Positions 35,052 to 46,011 of a stretch of 64,000 nucleotides of DNA are shown here, one piece after another (within the stretch, counting starts at the first letter, position 1; each line of letters starts with the position of its first letter). Location: assembly GCA_963840455.1 (NCBI GenBank), contig CAWIYV010000007.1, positions 320,001 through 384,000 of the forward strand, written 5' to 3'. The notes under the pieces were generated by a model, which worked only from the letters and a program-made list of their open reading frames with translations, was not told the DNA's origin and did no database searches. Both the position numbers and the translations under genes were made by a program. The DNA is from Nitrospirota bacterium (GTDB lineage Bacteria > Nitrospirota > UBA9217).

Positions 35052-36176
35052 ATGGAGAAAAATTTTATGATATCGTTATTCAAACCCTTTTTCGGCGAAG
35101 AAGAGCTCGATGCATTGCGCCCTATCTTTCAAAGCGGTTGGATTGGACTTGGCCCCAAAACCGCCCTGTTCGAAGATAAATTTGCACAGTATGTAGGATC
35201 GGATTATTGTATTGGTCTTAATTCTTGCACTGCTGCGCTGGATCTGTCTATGCGTTTGCTCGAGATCGGCCAAGGAGACGAAGTCATTGTGCCGCCGATG
35301 ACATTTGTATCAACGGCCCACGCGGTTGCATACAATTTAGCACAGCCTGTTTTTGCGGATGTTCAATACTCGACATTGAATATTGATCCGGAGGATGTCG
35401 CTAAACGCATAACGCGCAGAACGAAAGCGATAATCGCGGTTCATTATAGCGGACGTGCAGTTGATTTGGATGCACTACGTGCCATCTCGGGCAACATCCC
35501 TATTATCGAGGACTGCGCTCATGCGGCAGGTGGTTTTTATAAAGGCCGTCATGTCGGGACGATCGGCAAAATAGGCTGTTTTTCCTTTCATGCCGTCAAG
35601 AATCTTGCCATGGGCGATGGAGGCGCTCTTGTATTGTCTGAACCGGAGTTGGCCGAGCGGGCAAAACGGCTCCGCTGGCTGGGAATAGATAAAAATACCT
35701 GGGACCGTGCTAGCATTGGTGAATCATACTGGTGGGAGTATTACGTGGATGAAATCGGGTTAAAATGCCATATGAACGATATTCAAGCGACTTTAGGTCT
35801 TGTCCAGCTCGCAAAATTAAACGCCATGAACCAAAGAAGGCGCGAAATCGTGACCAAGTACTTCGACCAGCTTCGGACGGTAACCGATATCGAGTTGCCT
35901 GAAAGTGACAATGACGTCTACCGATCGAGTTGGCATATTTTCCATATTAAATGCAACGAGCGAAACGGCTTATCGAAATTTCTTGCGGCACAAGGAATAA
36001 GCACGGGCGTCCATTATAAACCTATTCACCTCTATTCCTGTTATGGGAACAGGCCGTCATTGCCAGTGGCTGAAAAGGCATTTAACAGAATCCTGAGTCT
36101 GCCGTTACACCCGGGCATGTCGGATGGTGATGTGTATCACATATGTGATTCCATAAAAAGGTTTTATGGGAAATGA
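35052..36176 (+). CDS. DegT/DnrJ/EryC1/StrS sugar aminotransferase
   Basis: NSCTAAL, TFVST, IEDCAHA, FSFHAVKNL (PLP Lys), LSLPLHP. Confidence 0.9.
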   Translation: MEKNFMISLFKPFFGEEELDALRPIFQSGWIGLGPKTALFEDKFAQYVGSDYCIGLNSCTAALDLSMRLLEIGQGDEVIVPPMTFVSTAHAVAYNLAQPVFADVQYSTLNIDPEDVAKRITRRTKAIIAVHYSGRAVDLDALRAISGNIPIIEDCAHAAGGFYKGRHVGTIGKIGCFSFHAVKNLAMGDGGALVLSEPELAERAKRLRWLGIDKNTWDRASIGESYWWEYYVDEIGLKCHMNDIQATLGLVQLAKLNAMNQRRREIVTKYFDQLRTVTDIELPESDNDVYRSSWHIFHIKCNERNGLSKFLAAQGISTGVHYKPIHLYSCYGNRPSLPVAEKAFNRILSLPLHPGMSDGDVYHICDSIKRFYGK

Positions 36177-36742
36177 GTGCCCGAAATATTCATACTATAT
36201 GCGGGAAAGATATCGACCTTGTGGAGATTTCACCAGCATTTTTTGATGTCATCATTGAATGGCGAAATGATCCCGATATTAATAAATATTTTATTACACG
36301 AGATTCTTTTTCACATGAACAACAGGCGCGATGGTATGCGAAGTATGTGCAAGATGAAACTGATATGACGTTTATGATAGTTTCAAAGGCAGGGATTGTT
36401 CTCGGTATGGCAGGATTGTATAACATAGACAAGCAAGGGCGCACTGCGGAATTCGGCCGCCTGCTGATAGGAGCAAAGAAGTTCCGTGGCTCTGGCTTCG
36501 GAAAAGAGGCCAGCCGCATGCTTCTGAAGCTGGCATTTGAAACCCTGAATTTAGAACAAGTTTACCTATCAGTCTATGACTGGAATGTAAAAGCTGTTGG
36601 CCTTTACGATGCTCTTGGATTCAGAATAGAGAAAAAGATGATACTGGGTGAAGAAAACGGCAAGAAACAATCAACCTATAAAATGGTTTTGCATTCGACC
36701 AGATGGCAGGCTTCGGCGGCATCAGGCAGCGGAGGCGGGTAA
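36173..36742 (+). CDS. GNAT N-acyltransferase (PseH/RimL-like)
   Basis: WRNDP, AEFG, RGSGFG.EA, N.KA..LY..LGF. Confidence 0.85.
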   Translation: MSARNIHTICGKDIDLVEISPAFFDVIIEWRNDPDINKYFITRDSFSHEQQARWYAKYVQDETDMTFMIVSKAGIVLGMAGLYNIDKQGRTAEFGRLLIGAKKFRGSGFGKEASRMLLKLAFETLNLEQVYLSVYDWNVKAVGLYDALGFRIEKKMILGEENGKKQSTYKMVLHSTRWQASAASGSGGG

Positions 36743-36795
36743 CGATAATTAATTGAAAAACATTCAGCGAGAGATAATGCTCTCGGGAGGGTTGT

Positions 36796-37830
36796 GTGAA
36801 AATATCATTTTTGCCGGCAGGAGATGAAAATATCGCGAGTTCAAGAATACATGTATATTCTTTGCATAAAGCGCTCAGAAAAAATGGCGTAGATTCTTGT
36901 ATTGGTTTTTCAGACGACGCTGATGTCTTATTTGTTCAAAAAAAAGTTACGAGTGATATCCTCACTTGTATTTATAAGATCAAAGCGCGTGGAAAGATCG
37001 TAATTTACGATATCGATGAGTTGGGCAATGCGCTGGACTATTGGATCAAACCCAAATACCAGAAAAAAGTTTTTGAACTGGCAGATATCATCACAACAGA
37101 TACCATCGAACGCCGCGAGTATATAATAAGAAAATGGCCTCATGATCGCGTAGAGATTCTCCCGGCGTGCATTGATTATTATCCTGAGGCGCCTATGCGT
37201 TTAGATTTGAAGGATGAAAAGGTGCTCCGCGTTTTGTGGTTTGGCAGCCTAGGAAATATCGCATTATTTGAAAAATACTCATCTGCACTTGTTGCGATTC
37301 CTAATGTCGAGGTCGTGGTTGTCGCCGGAACATCTTCATCGGAGCTGAAAGACTTTGCACGCCGGTACCCTAAAATCATGTTTATTCCCTGGGCGTTTGC
37401 AAATTTCATTTCAGTGCTGCAGTCCTGCCATCTCACCTGCCTTATGCACGATGGATCGCCGATTGATCGGACGAAAACCAACAACAAAATGATTACGAGT
37501 ATTGCCTGGGGAGTACCAGCCATGGTATCACGAACACCTGACTACGAGCGTACCGCGCTAGAATCCGGGGTAGGTTATGCGATATTTGATAACGCTGCTG
37601 ACATAAGAAAGATTATCGAGCGGATGTGGTCTCCTTCCGCTAGGAATCAATATCTCGACACCGCCCAGAATTATATCTGGAATAACTATTCTCCTGAAAT
37701 ACTGCAAAAAAGGTTCTTGCACATACTTTCTGCGCATAGAATTACTAAGAATGGTTTGGGGGCGGCTATAGAGAGACTTTGGTTCGGGGTGAAAGCTTTT
37801 TCACAACATTTCGGACAATGCAGGATTTGA
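36796..37830 (+). CDS. Putative GT-B glycosyltransferase
   Basis: ASSRI, FVQK, YDIDE, WFGS..N, KTNNK....A.GVP; located in the glycan cluster. Confidence 0.6.
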   Translation: MKISFLPAGDENIASSRIHVYSLHKALRKNGVDSCIGFSDDADVLFVQKKVTSDILTCIYKIKARGKIVIYDIDELGNALDYWIKPKYQKKVFELADIITTDTIERREYIIRKWPHDRVEILPACIDYYPEAPMRLDLKDEKVLRVLWFGSLGNIALFEKYSSALVAIPNVEVVVVAGTSSSELKDFARRYPKIMFIPWAFANFISVLQSCHLTCLMHDGSPIDRTKTNNKMITSIAWGVPAMVSRTPDYERTALESGVGYAIFDNAADIRKIIERMWSPSARNQYLDTAQNYIWNNYSPEILQKRFLHILSAHRITKNGLGAAIERLWFGVKAFSQHFGQCRI

Positions 37831-38214
37831 CGCTCACGATGGGAGCACAGGATTCGGTTGTCTTCCCGGGACATGTTCGGAACGTTCATCTACTGCTGTA
37901 ATGTGCGGACCTTGTTGTTTTAGTTCTGTTTTGGAAGGATGTCCCAACGGTGTTCTGGAAGGAATGGCTGCAGGTCTTCCTGTTGTTGCCACTGATATTC
38001 CCGTACTACGCTAAGCTATCGGGGATGCAGGGATACAATACCTCGTACCTCCACGTGATGAGCAAAAGCTGGCTGAAATGATCACCCTATTTGCATTGGA
38101 TCCGGTGCTCATGATGCTGTCGGAAATGAGAATCGCAGGCGGATAGCTGAACATTTTAGCATGCAACGAATGCTGTATGAGATAACGGATACATTAAATT
38201 CACTTTTGAAGTAA
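37806..38214 (+). pseudogene. Degenerate 3' half of a GT4 gene (direct repeat copy 2)
   Basis: Homologous to 34562-34970, with nonsense substitutions (TAA at 37899-901 and 38012-14) and small deletions. It keeps its own C-terminus MQRMLYEITDTLNSLLK*. Confidence 0.85.
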
Positions 38215-38261
38215 ACTGGGCAATATTTTCTGATAGATGTTGATAAAAAGAAATTAATCAC

Positions 38262-39965
38262 ATGACAAAAATAACTCGCATATTTATCGAGCATCTGATC
38301 GTTAATTTATTCGGCGAAACACGGATTAAGAAAGTATTAGCACTTGCTGAGCATTTCTATGCAATTTCGCCTTTTGCCATTAAATTGCAGAGAAAGGTTT
38401 GCCCCAATTTTAAAATAGGGATGGCCATATTAGCCTATGAAAGACCCGACTATCTCCAAGTGTGTCTCGACTCGCTTTTTCAATCGAATCTCTACAATTA
38501 TGATATTACTTTTTTAATTCAAGATGACGGGTCTTCCGACCCAAGGGTAAGAAGCATTATTGAGAAGGAGCGAGATTCTCAATATAAGATAATCCGCAGT
38601 TTTACACCGAAAGGACATAACTCCTGGGGTGCAGCTTTCAATAAGGCAGTCAAGAAATTATTGGAGCTCGACAATTTTGATATCATCGGGACGTGCGATT
38701 CTGACGCCTTATTTCATCCGGACTGGCTCGACCATACACTGAAGGTATGTTTGTGGGCGAAGGAAAACCACCAGCAGAATATTTTGGGTCCCTTTTCTTC
38801 CTTCAATTCAAGCGATTATGCTTTTCATCGGGTTTTAGGTGAATATGAATCGCCTTTTGGTGGCTACGTCGTAAAAGAACGGATGGGCGCGCTCAATTAT
38901 TTTTTTTTTAAGGACGATTTTCTGAAACTTGGTTATTTTAAAGAAGATAAGAATGACGAAACTTTGATGACCATGGAATTTAAGAAGAAGAAAGTTAGAA
39001 ATTTTTGTACGACTATGAGCACTGTCGAACACGTCGGACAACTATCGGTCCTTAATCAGTGGCGACCGACACCCGTCCAAAAAGCCGTATACGGCAGTAA
39101 CCTGGCCAAGAATGGGTGGCCTGAAATTATCCACGATATCTCAACGTTCGGCTATTTAAAAGACGTCAAGCCTGCCGCGAGTCTCGGAAAAAATGTAGCA
39201 AGCGGCAGGCAGCTTGATGTCGTTATTCCTGTAATTGAAAAAGATACAGATGTGTTGCCGTATGTTATTAAAGGGGTAAGGGATAACTTGAAACATCCGC
39301 TCAATGAAATTATTATCGTAGCCCCAGATTCAGAGAAAATTAAGCTGATTTCAAAAAATATGAGATGCCGATTTGTTGATGAGAGCACAGTGTTGCCGAT
39401 CACCAAAAAGGAGATTCATTATCAAACGCAGGATTATGATCGCTCCGGTTGGCTATTCCAGCAATTATTAAAATTGTCAGGTCGTTTAATTTCTTCTCAA
39501 GAGTTCTATCTTGTTCTTGATGCTGATACCGTTTTAATCCAGCCGCAAGTCTTTGAGATAGACGGGAGGCAGCTTTTACTCCATTCCGACGAATATCATA
39601 AGCCTTATTTCGATCTTTATACCAGACTATTTGGCGTTGCAGCGCCGGTCTTTTTCTCATTTGTGAGCCACGTGATGCTGTTTGATCAGGATAAGCTGCA
39701 TCAGATTAAGACGTACCTGGAGACCAAATTTGGCAAACCGTGGTATAAAGCCATCATAGATAATACTGATAAGAATGAAGTATCGGGTTTTTCCGAATAT
39801 GAATTGTATGGGCAATGGATGGTACAAAACTATCCGAATAGGATTACCAGAGAATATTGGTTCAATGTGACATTACCACGAACCGAACTTGCTGATTTTG
39901 ATTCGAAAAAAACGGAACTGGCCAAAAAATATAGAATGATATCTTTTCATGATTATATTGTATGA
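38262..39965 (+). CDS. Two-domain GT-A glycosyltransferase (GT2-like plus DUF6492-like)
   Basis: N-terminal AYERP..L, DDGS.D, DSD; C-terminal DVVIP...KD, GWLFQQLLKL, LDADT, FSEYELYG. Confidence 0.7.
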   Translation: MTKITRIFIEHLIVNLFGETRIKKVLALAEHFYAISPFAIKLQRKVCPNFKIGMAILAYERPDYLQVCLDSLFQSNLYNYDITFLIQDDGSSDPRVRSIIEKERDSQYKIIRSFTPKGHNSWGAAFNKAVKKLLELDNFDIIGTCDSDALFHPDWLDHTLKVCLWAKENHQQNILGPFSSFNSSDYAFHRVLGEYESPFGGYVVKERMGALNYFFFKDDFLKLGYFKEDKNDETLMTMEFKKKKVRNFCTTMSTVEHVGQLSVLNQWRPTPVQKAVYGSNLAKNGWPEIIHDISTFGYLKDVKPAASLGKNVASGRQLDVVIPVIEKDTDVLPYVIKGVRDNLKHPLNEIIIVAPDSEKIKLISKNMRCRFVDESTVLPITKKEIHYQTQDYDRSGWLFQQLLKLSGRLISSQEFYLVLDADTVLIQPQVFEIDGRQLLLHSDEYHKPYFDLYTRLFGVAAPVFFSFVSHVMLFDQDKLHQIKTYLETKFGKPWYKAIIDNTDKNEVSGFSEYELYGQWMVQNYPNRITREYWFNVTLPRTELADFDSKKTELAKKYRMISFHDYIV

Positions 39966-40057
39966 CCGTCGTTAAGAGCCCATCACGAAAGCTGCATTCC
40001 TGCTCAGAAGTTTGGGAATGAACATAAGCAATTGTTTATGATGTGCTTAAGGATCAC

Positions 40058-40780
40058 ATGATGACCAAGGTCGGGACTCATAATGAATCAAACAGAACTG
40101 CATGGCTGGAAAGAGTTCTAAAAGGGCTCCCTCCGGGCTTGCGTATTCTCGATGCAGGAGCAGGGGAGCAGCAATATCGCATGTTTTGTTCCCATCTGGA
40201 CTATGTGTCCCAGGATTTTGCCCGGTATGATGGGAAAGGGAACAACACCGGGCTGCAGATGGGCGCTTGGGATCAGTCAAAACTGGATATTATAAGTGAT
40301 ATTTCCTCGATTCCCCTTGAGGATGCATCATTTGATGCAATCATGTGCGTCGAAGTCCTGGAGCACCTCCCGAATCCACTACTGGCAATCAAGGAGTTCA
40401 ACCGGCTGCTGAAAGAGGGAGGCCGCCTCATCATCACCGCTCCTTTTGGCAGCCTCACGCATTTTGCACCGTATCATTTCAGCACAGGATTCAACACATA
40501 TTACTATGAACAACATCTAATAGAGAACGGTTTCGATATCAGTGAAATTACTGCAAATGGCAACTATTTTGAAACGGTGGCGCAGGAAATACGGAGAATC
40601 CCGTTTGCGGCGGATAAATATTCCCATGAGAGAATCTCAATTGTTGAGAGATTATGCATCAAATATCTCCTGAAGATGCTTCAGAGGCTGAGCGACAACG
40701 ATACCGGGTCAAGCACCCTTCTTTGCCACGGATATCATGTTCTCGCCAGAAAAACGACGGCTGCTGTTCAACGCCTATGA
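40058..40780 (+). CDS. Class I SAM-dependent methyltransferase
   Basis: ILDAGAG, FDAI.C.EVLEHL, GGRLIITAPF, H.APY.F. Confidence 0.85.
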   Translation: MMTKVGTHNESNRTAWLERVLKGLPPGLRILDAGAGEQQYRMFCSHLDYVSQDFARYDGKGNNTGLQMGAWDQSKLDIISDISSIPLEDASFDAIMCVEVLEHLPNPLLAIKEFNRLLKEGGRLIITAPFGSLTHFAPYHFSTGFNTYYYEQHLIENGFDISEITANGNYFETVAQEIRRIPFAADKYSHERISIVERLCIKYLLKMLQRLSDNDTGSSTLLCHGYHVLARKTTAAVQRL

Positions 40781-41775
40781 CAAATAATCACCATTCTCCA
40801 GATAGCGCACCGGCATCCTTCCAGGCCCCTCTCGTCAGCGTTGTACTCCCTGTCTACAACGGCGGAGCATATTTTGCGGAATCAATTCAAAGTATCCTGA
40901 CGCAGACCTATACGAACATTGAACTGATCGTCATCGATGACGGTTCGACCGATAATTCTTCCGAAATCATAAGAACATTCCCTGATCCGAGGATCCGGTT
41001 CTATGGCCAGTCAAATCAGGGCTTGCCTGCCACTCTCAATAGAGCTATTCGACTGTCAAATGGGAAATACATTGCAAGACAGGATGCAGATGATGTATCG
41101 TTTCCCATGCGGATTCAGAGACAGGTTGATTTTTTTGAACGGAATCCCGAATACGGAGTTGTGGGAACATGGTCAAAAATCCTTGGCGGGGTAAAAGACA
41201 GGGGACGAGGACACAGGCACCCTATTGACAATGAGAGGCTGAAATTCAACCTGCTCTTTGACTCGTATTTTGTCCACAGTTCTGTCATGATGAGAAAGAG
41301 TGTCATCGACAAAGTCGGCTTTTATGCAACTGATAAAAGCCGGCAGCCGGAGGATTTTGAGCTTTGGTCGCGCATCGTTCGCGATGGGCAGTTCAAAGTA
41401 GCAAACATCTCGGAGGTACTGGTCGTTTATCGAGAAGTTGCAGGCAGCATCTGCCGAACAGGTAAAAACCCGTTTTCCGACAACCTTATGACGTTGTGCA
41501 CAGAGAATATCGCATGGGCTTCCGGGAGATCTGTTAGCGATTCAGCTGTCAACGACCTTTCGGCTATCGTTCACCATGTTCCGCACCGGCTATCATCAAA
41601 GCCGGATTTCTCGGAAATGTGGATAATTTTGCAGGAATCGGCTATCAAAGCAGGAGGTGGTTTACATGCTCAATTACGGAGCGAAGTTAAGGGCCGATAT
41701 AAATCAATTAAACATGCCTATTATCGAATTCGATTAGGAATATGGCTCAGATCGCTATGTGGTTCTTCCCGTTGA
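40777..41775 (+). CDS. Glycosyltransferase family 2
   Basis: VSVVLPVYN, IDDGSTD, ARQDADD, HSSVMMR, EDFELWSR. Confidence 0.9.
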   Translation: MTNNHHSPDSAPASFQAPLVSVVLPVYNGGAYFAESIQSILTQTYTNIELIVIDDGSTDNSSEIIRTFPDPRIRFYGQSNQGLPATLNRAIRLSNGKYIARQDADDVSFPMRIQRQVDFFERNPEYGVVGTWSKILGGVKDRGRGHRHPIDNERLKFNLLFDSYFVHSSVMMRKSVIDKVGFYATDKSRQPEDFELWSRIVRDGQFKVANISEVLVVYREVAGSICRTGKNPFSDNLMTLCTENIAWASGRSVSDSAVNDLSAIVHHVPHRLSSKPDFSEMWIILQESAIKAGGGLHAQLRSEVKGRYKSIKHAYYRIRLGIWLRSLCGSSR

Positions 41776-41945
41776 ATGATAAGGATGGGAAAGGGGACTA
41801 ATCACTCAGAACTCAGAATTGAAGTACAGTTTCAAAAGACCTCATGATAACTGCATGATGCATCTCACAGGATGATCAATCTACGACTGACACGACCAAA
41901 GTCATGAGTGCGCCATTAAATTATGAGACAGGGAGATAAATTTCC

Positions 41946-42650
41946 GTGAAGTTACGCAATCTCGCAGAGAAAATACTCACAAGAGTGGGATGGCAAAACT
42001 ATCATAAAAGCTATTCTCAGATGGGCGAAGATTTGATAATAGCCTATCACCTTAAAACACGCGGGTTTCACTTGGGGAAAATTCGATATCTCGATATTGG
42101 TGCGTGTGCGCCAACAAAACTTAGCAACACTTATTACTTTTATAAGCAGGGCTCATCCGGTGTTTTGGTTGAACCGGATAAATGTCTGACAACTTTGCTC
42201 AGAAGAGATCGGCCACGAGACCATATATTGAATGTGGGAATCTCAAAAGAAGAGAAGGATGAAGCCGACTTCTACGTTACGCAGCCGCCTACCCTGAATT
42301 CATTTTCTAAAAAAATGGCGGATTTCGTCAATAGTGAGGAAGGTCGGAAGGCATACGGTCAAGACGTTCGCGTGAAGGAGGTCAGAAAAGTTAACCTTGT
42401 CAACATTAATACAATAATGAAAAGCTGGTTCAATAATGCGCCGCCGGAAATACTATCGATTGATGCAGAAGGACTTGACTGGGAAATATTGTCATCATTG
42501 AATTTCGATTTATATTCACCGTATTGTGTCTGCATAGAAGTCAATCAACACTACGAAGAAGTGAAAAATCTTCTGGAGATGAGAGGATATTGCATGATAG
42601 GCTACAATCAGCTTAATGTCATATTTATGAAGCATCGTCAGTGCGACTAA
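41946..42650 (+). CDS. FkbM-family methyltransferase (XapI-like)
   Basis: SYSQ.GED, YLDIGA..P...SNTY.FY, VEP, LSID.EG.D..IL. Confidence 0.85.
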   Translation: MKLRNLAEKILTRVGWQNYHKSYSQMGEDLIIAYHLKTRGFHLGKIRYLDIGACAPTKLSNTYYFYKQGSSGVLVEPDKCLTTLLRRDRPRDHILNVGISKEEKDEADFYVTQPPTLNSFSKKMADFVNSEEGRKAYGQDVRVKEVRKVNLVNINTIMKSWFNNAPPEILSIDAEGLDWEILSSLNFDLYSPYCVCIEVNQHYEEVKNLLEMRGYCMIGYNQLNVIFMKHRQCD

Positions 42651-42882
42651 AAAAATATAGATAATTATCGATCCGATTTTGCAATATAGGGACCAGGGCA
42701 CTTCTTGAAATGTAATATCTTTATGCAGCGTTATTGAATAACACTAGCGATTATCAAGAGAAAGAAAAACGATGTGACAGGTCGCTATCACGGTACTTTT
42801 GGCAAGAGGCCCTATCCTGCATACATTGCACCCTGCATCTCAGAGAAAATCAAATAGATTGAAAAGTATCCTGCAATTGCAT

Positions 42883-43866
42883 ATGCAAAATAATCTCGAA
42901 AGCACTAATTCCATAGACGTCGTAATCCCCGTTTATAACGGCCAAGATTACATACTCCAGGCACTGCATTCAATTGAACAACAAACGTATGCACCCAGTA
43001 AGATTATTGTCGTTGATGATGGGTCAACAGACAAGACACCCGATATTGTTACGGGATATCGAAGTAAACTACCGATTGAATATATAAGAAAAATCAATGG
43101 TGGATTGAGCTCAGCGCGTAACGCAGGAATCGCGCATAGCACAAGTAAATATATCGCTTTTCTGGACGCCGATGATGAATGGATGCCAAATAAATTAACG
43201 AAACAACTCAACGTTTTCATAAATACAAATTATGAGAATCTTGGCGCCGTTTATTCGAAATACCGTATTATCGATTCAAATGGCGAACTCACTCATAAAC
43301 ACTATGTATTCGAACCTGATCCATCAATCCGTGGGAACATTTATGCCAGGCTTTTCGAGGCGAACAAGATTGCAGGCAGCGGTAGCGGTGTTCTCGTGAG
43401 AAGAGACTGTTTTGATGACGTTGGCTTGTTTGACGAAACGCTTCATGCCTGTGAGGATTGGGATATGTGGCTCAGATTGGCAAGCCGATATGAATTCGAT
43501 TTTGTTCCTGAAGTACTAGTCAAAATCAGAAGACATCATGAAAACATGCAACGGGATACATCGATGATGTTCCGGAACCAGCTTCAGTTTTATAATAAAT
43601 GGCTTCCACTTGCGGCCCATCATTCTGATTGCTTGTCAGCTTTGCGTCTTAATATTGCTTCCTATCTGATCTCCTATTTGCCAAGGATAAATAAAATTTC
43701 CCTGGCCATTGACCTATTATCAGAAACGTCACGGGAACTGTTGTGGATGAAATACGATCAGTCTCCATACCTATTTCTCCTCAGCATGCTTCCCGAAGTA
43801 GCGCTAAAATTATTTAAAAAGCATATGCAGAGCACAAGACGACTACTCAAGCACATCGCATTATAA
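42883..43866 (+). CDS. Glycosyltransferase family 2
   Basis: VVIPVYN, VDDGSTD, GLSSARN.G, FLDADD, EDWDMWLR. Confidence 0.9.
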   Translation: MQNNLESTNSIDVVIPVYNGQDYILQALHSIEQQTYAPSKIIVVDDGSTDKTPDIVTGYRSKLPIEYIRKINGGLSSARNAGIAHSTSKYIAFLDADDEWMPNKLTKQLNVFINTNYENLGAVYSKYRIIDSNGELTHKHYVFEPDPSIRGNIYARLFEANKIAGSGSGVLVRRDCFDDVGLFDETLHACEDWDMWLRLASRYEFDFVPEVLVKIRRHHENMQRDTSMMFRNQLQFYNKWLPLAAHHSDCLSALRLNIASYLISYLPRINKISLAIDLLSETSRELLWMKYDQSPYLFLLSMLPEVALKLFKKHMQSTRRLLKHIAL

Positions 43867-44105
43867 TAAGAACAGGACACGGTGAAAGCTCACGTACGTT
43901 CTTGATCTTTATACCGGTTTTCCTGAATATCTGAACGACAAGAATTTCAATTCACTGTTCAAGAACCGGCGTGATCTGCTCTCAATGATGGCAGTCTGCT
44001 TTTTCTGCTATCATGCCTTCATGTCGTTTATCCATGCTGTTCCAAATCCCATAAGGTTGGAACAGACCGGGGAGTATTCCGGACGAAGGGGCGCAAAACG
44101 ATAAA

Positions 44106-44988
44106 ATGATTATTACGCGACTCATGGGCGGAATCGGAAATCAGATGTTCCAGTATGCCGTGGGACGGAGACTTGCCCATTTCCACAGAACAGAGCTGAA
44201 GCTCGATCTGAGCTGGTTCGATGCTGTTGCAGCAATCAAAACCGTTCGAAAATATGAACTGCCTGTATTCAATATTCAAGCTCAAGTTGCTTCAAATGGA
44301 GAGACTGCAAGATATCGGAGAACTCGTTTGTTAAAAAGATTCGAACAGTTGCTGCCGATATCGCTTGCTTCCCGCGATAAGCGCTACATTTCCGAAAAAC
44401 ATTACCATTTTGATCCGGGGATACTGATATTGCCCGATAATATTTACCTTGATGGATACTGGCAAAGTCCAAGATATTTTGATGATATCAAAGACATTAT
44501 CCGTGATGAATTCACCATCAGAACTGAACCGGACGCCGAAAACCATCTGATCGCCGAAGAAATTATGCGCACCGAATCGGTCTCCATACACGTCCGGCGA
44601 GGAGACTACATATCAGACTCAACGACCAACAGCATCCACGGAGTCTGTTCACTGGAGTATTACCGGTCCGCAGTGAAGATGATGGAACAAAAGGTTAAGC
44701 GGCCATTTTATTTCGTCTTTTCGGATGATCCGCGCTGGGCCGAGGACAATCTTGCATCTGTTTGTCCGGCAACCTTTGTCAGCCATCATATGCCAGATAA
44801 GCCCTACGAGGATATGCGTCTTATGACCCTATGCAAACACCATATTATCGCCAACAGTTCTTTCAGCTGGTGGGGCGCCTGGCTTTCTCTCAATACCGAT
44901 AAGGTTGTTATAGCACCAACTCACTGGTTTAGAGATGAGACAGCTGAGCACCCGTGATCTAATTCCTCGACAATGGATACAGCTATAG
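44106..44988 (+). CDS. Alpha-1,2-fucosyltransferase family (GT11), apparent frameshift near 44943
   Basis: GGIGNQMFQYA, GYWQS, HVRRGDY, FSDD, ANSSFSWWGAWL. The conserved tail DLIP..W lies in a shifted frame ending at 44988. Confidence 0.87.
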
Positions 44989-45031
44989 AGGGAAGAGCAG
45001 AACACGAACATTCTAAAAATGCGATGAAGCG

Positions 45032-45948
45032 ATGACCCGACTACGCAAAGAACGATTCATAAACAGAACAGAAACATTTTCCTGTTATTCGTGCAAGGCA
45101 ACGGTGAATACTGCTCATTACGTTTATTATGATAACGGTAAAGAGAGCAGAATCTATCGATGTCCTATCTGTGGTTTCATGTTTGCCTGGCCACTCTTGC
45201 TGGACCTATCTTCCAGACAGATGGACTCAGTCGGAGACGCTGAATTATTTCATAGTTCGATATTGAAAAAGCTGCATGAACATCTCATCGTCAATAAAGA
45301 GATAAATATTGTAAAAAATCTTTTACGAACGGACACGTTCACGGTATTGGATATCGGATGTGGCACTGGATGGATAAGCTCTCTCTGGAAAGGTGCCGGA
45401 GCGGATGTGGTAGGGCTTGAACCATCGATTGCAAGAGGCGAATACGCGCGAGAAACATACGGGATTAAGAGTTATTCCGGCATATATAGAGGAGCTGCAT
45501 TCTCCGGATAGGTATGATGTAATCATCATGAGACATGTTTTAGAGCATTTTTCGGACCCTTTTCATGTCCTGGAAAAGGCCCTTGAGAACCTCAAGAAAT
45601 AATGGTTTGTTGGTTGTCATCGTGCCCAACATCGATTGCATCGGGAGGTACCTGTTCGAGTCAAAATGGACCTGGGTGCTTCCGTCGCATTGTAATTTTT
45701 TTAATCCTCAGTCATTGCGCCATATAGCGTTGCGGGCAGGATTAGACCCTGTGAAATTGTACCAGACCCCGTCGCCCCTGTGGTATCCCGAGAGCTTTTT
45801 GCGTCTTTTTCCGGGAGCTGAACGGCTACGGTCGAGTCTCTATAGCAAATTGACTCTCCTATCGTTGATTCCCTTCACGCCCATCGTGATGATCGGGTAT
45901 TTGACAGGCGTGAGCGAAAATCTCACGCTTATAGCTCGGAGGAGATGA
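45032..45948 (+). pseudogene. Class I SAM methyltransferase with an N-terminal Cys motif, two apparent frameshifts
   Basis: C..C...CPICG and LDIGCG.G in frame A; HVLEHF.DP in frame B; G...VIVPN...H...F in frame C. Shifts occur at short G and A runs near 45462 and 45598. Confidence 0.7.
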
Positions 45949-46011
45949 ACTTCCGAACTCCCTCGTCTTTGGCATGGATGTTGTTAAGGTAAATCAATCA
46001 TGGGCAGGCAC

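Noticed and set aside
34562-38214. Repeat pair as the template and variable repeats of a diversity-generating retroelement
   Set aside because: Mismatches involve all four bases rather than adenines only, include indels, and no reverse transcriptase is present in the window.
44050-44105. GGGGCGCAAAAC resembling part of a GEMM-I (c-di-GMP/cGAMP) riboswitch
   Set aside because: The upstream GGCAAA/GAAA stem and the downstream P3 stem are absent, and the start codon follows immediately.
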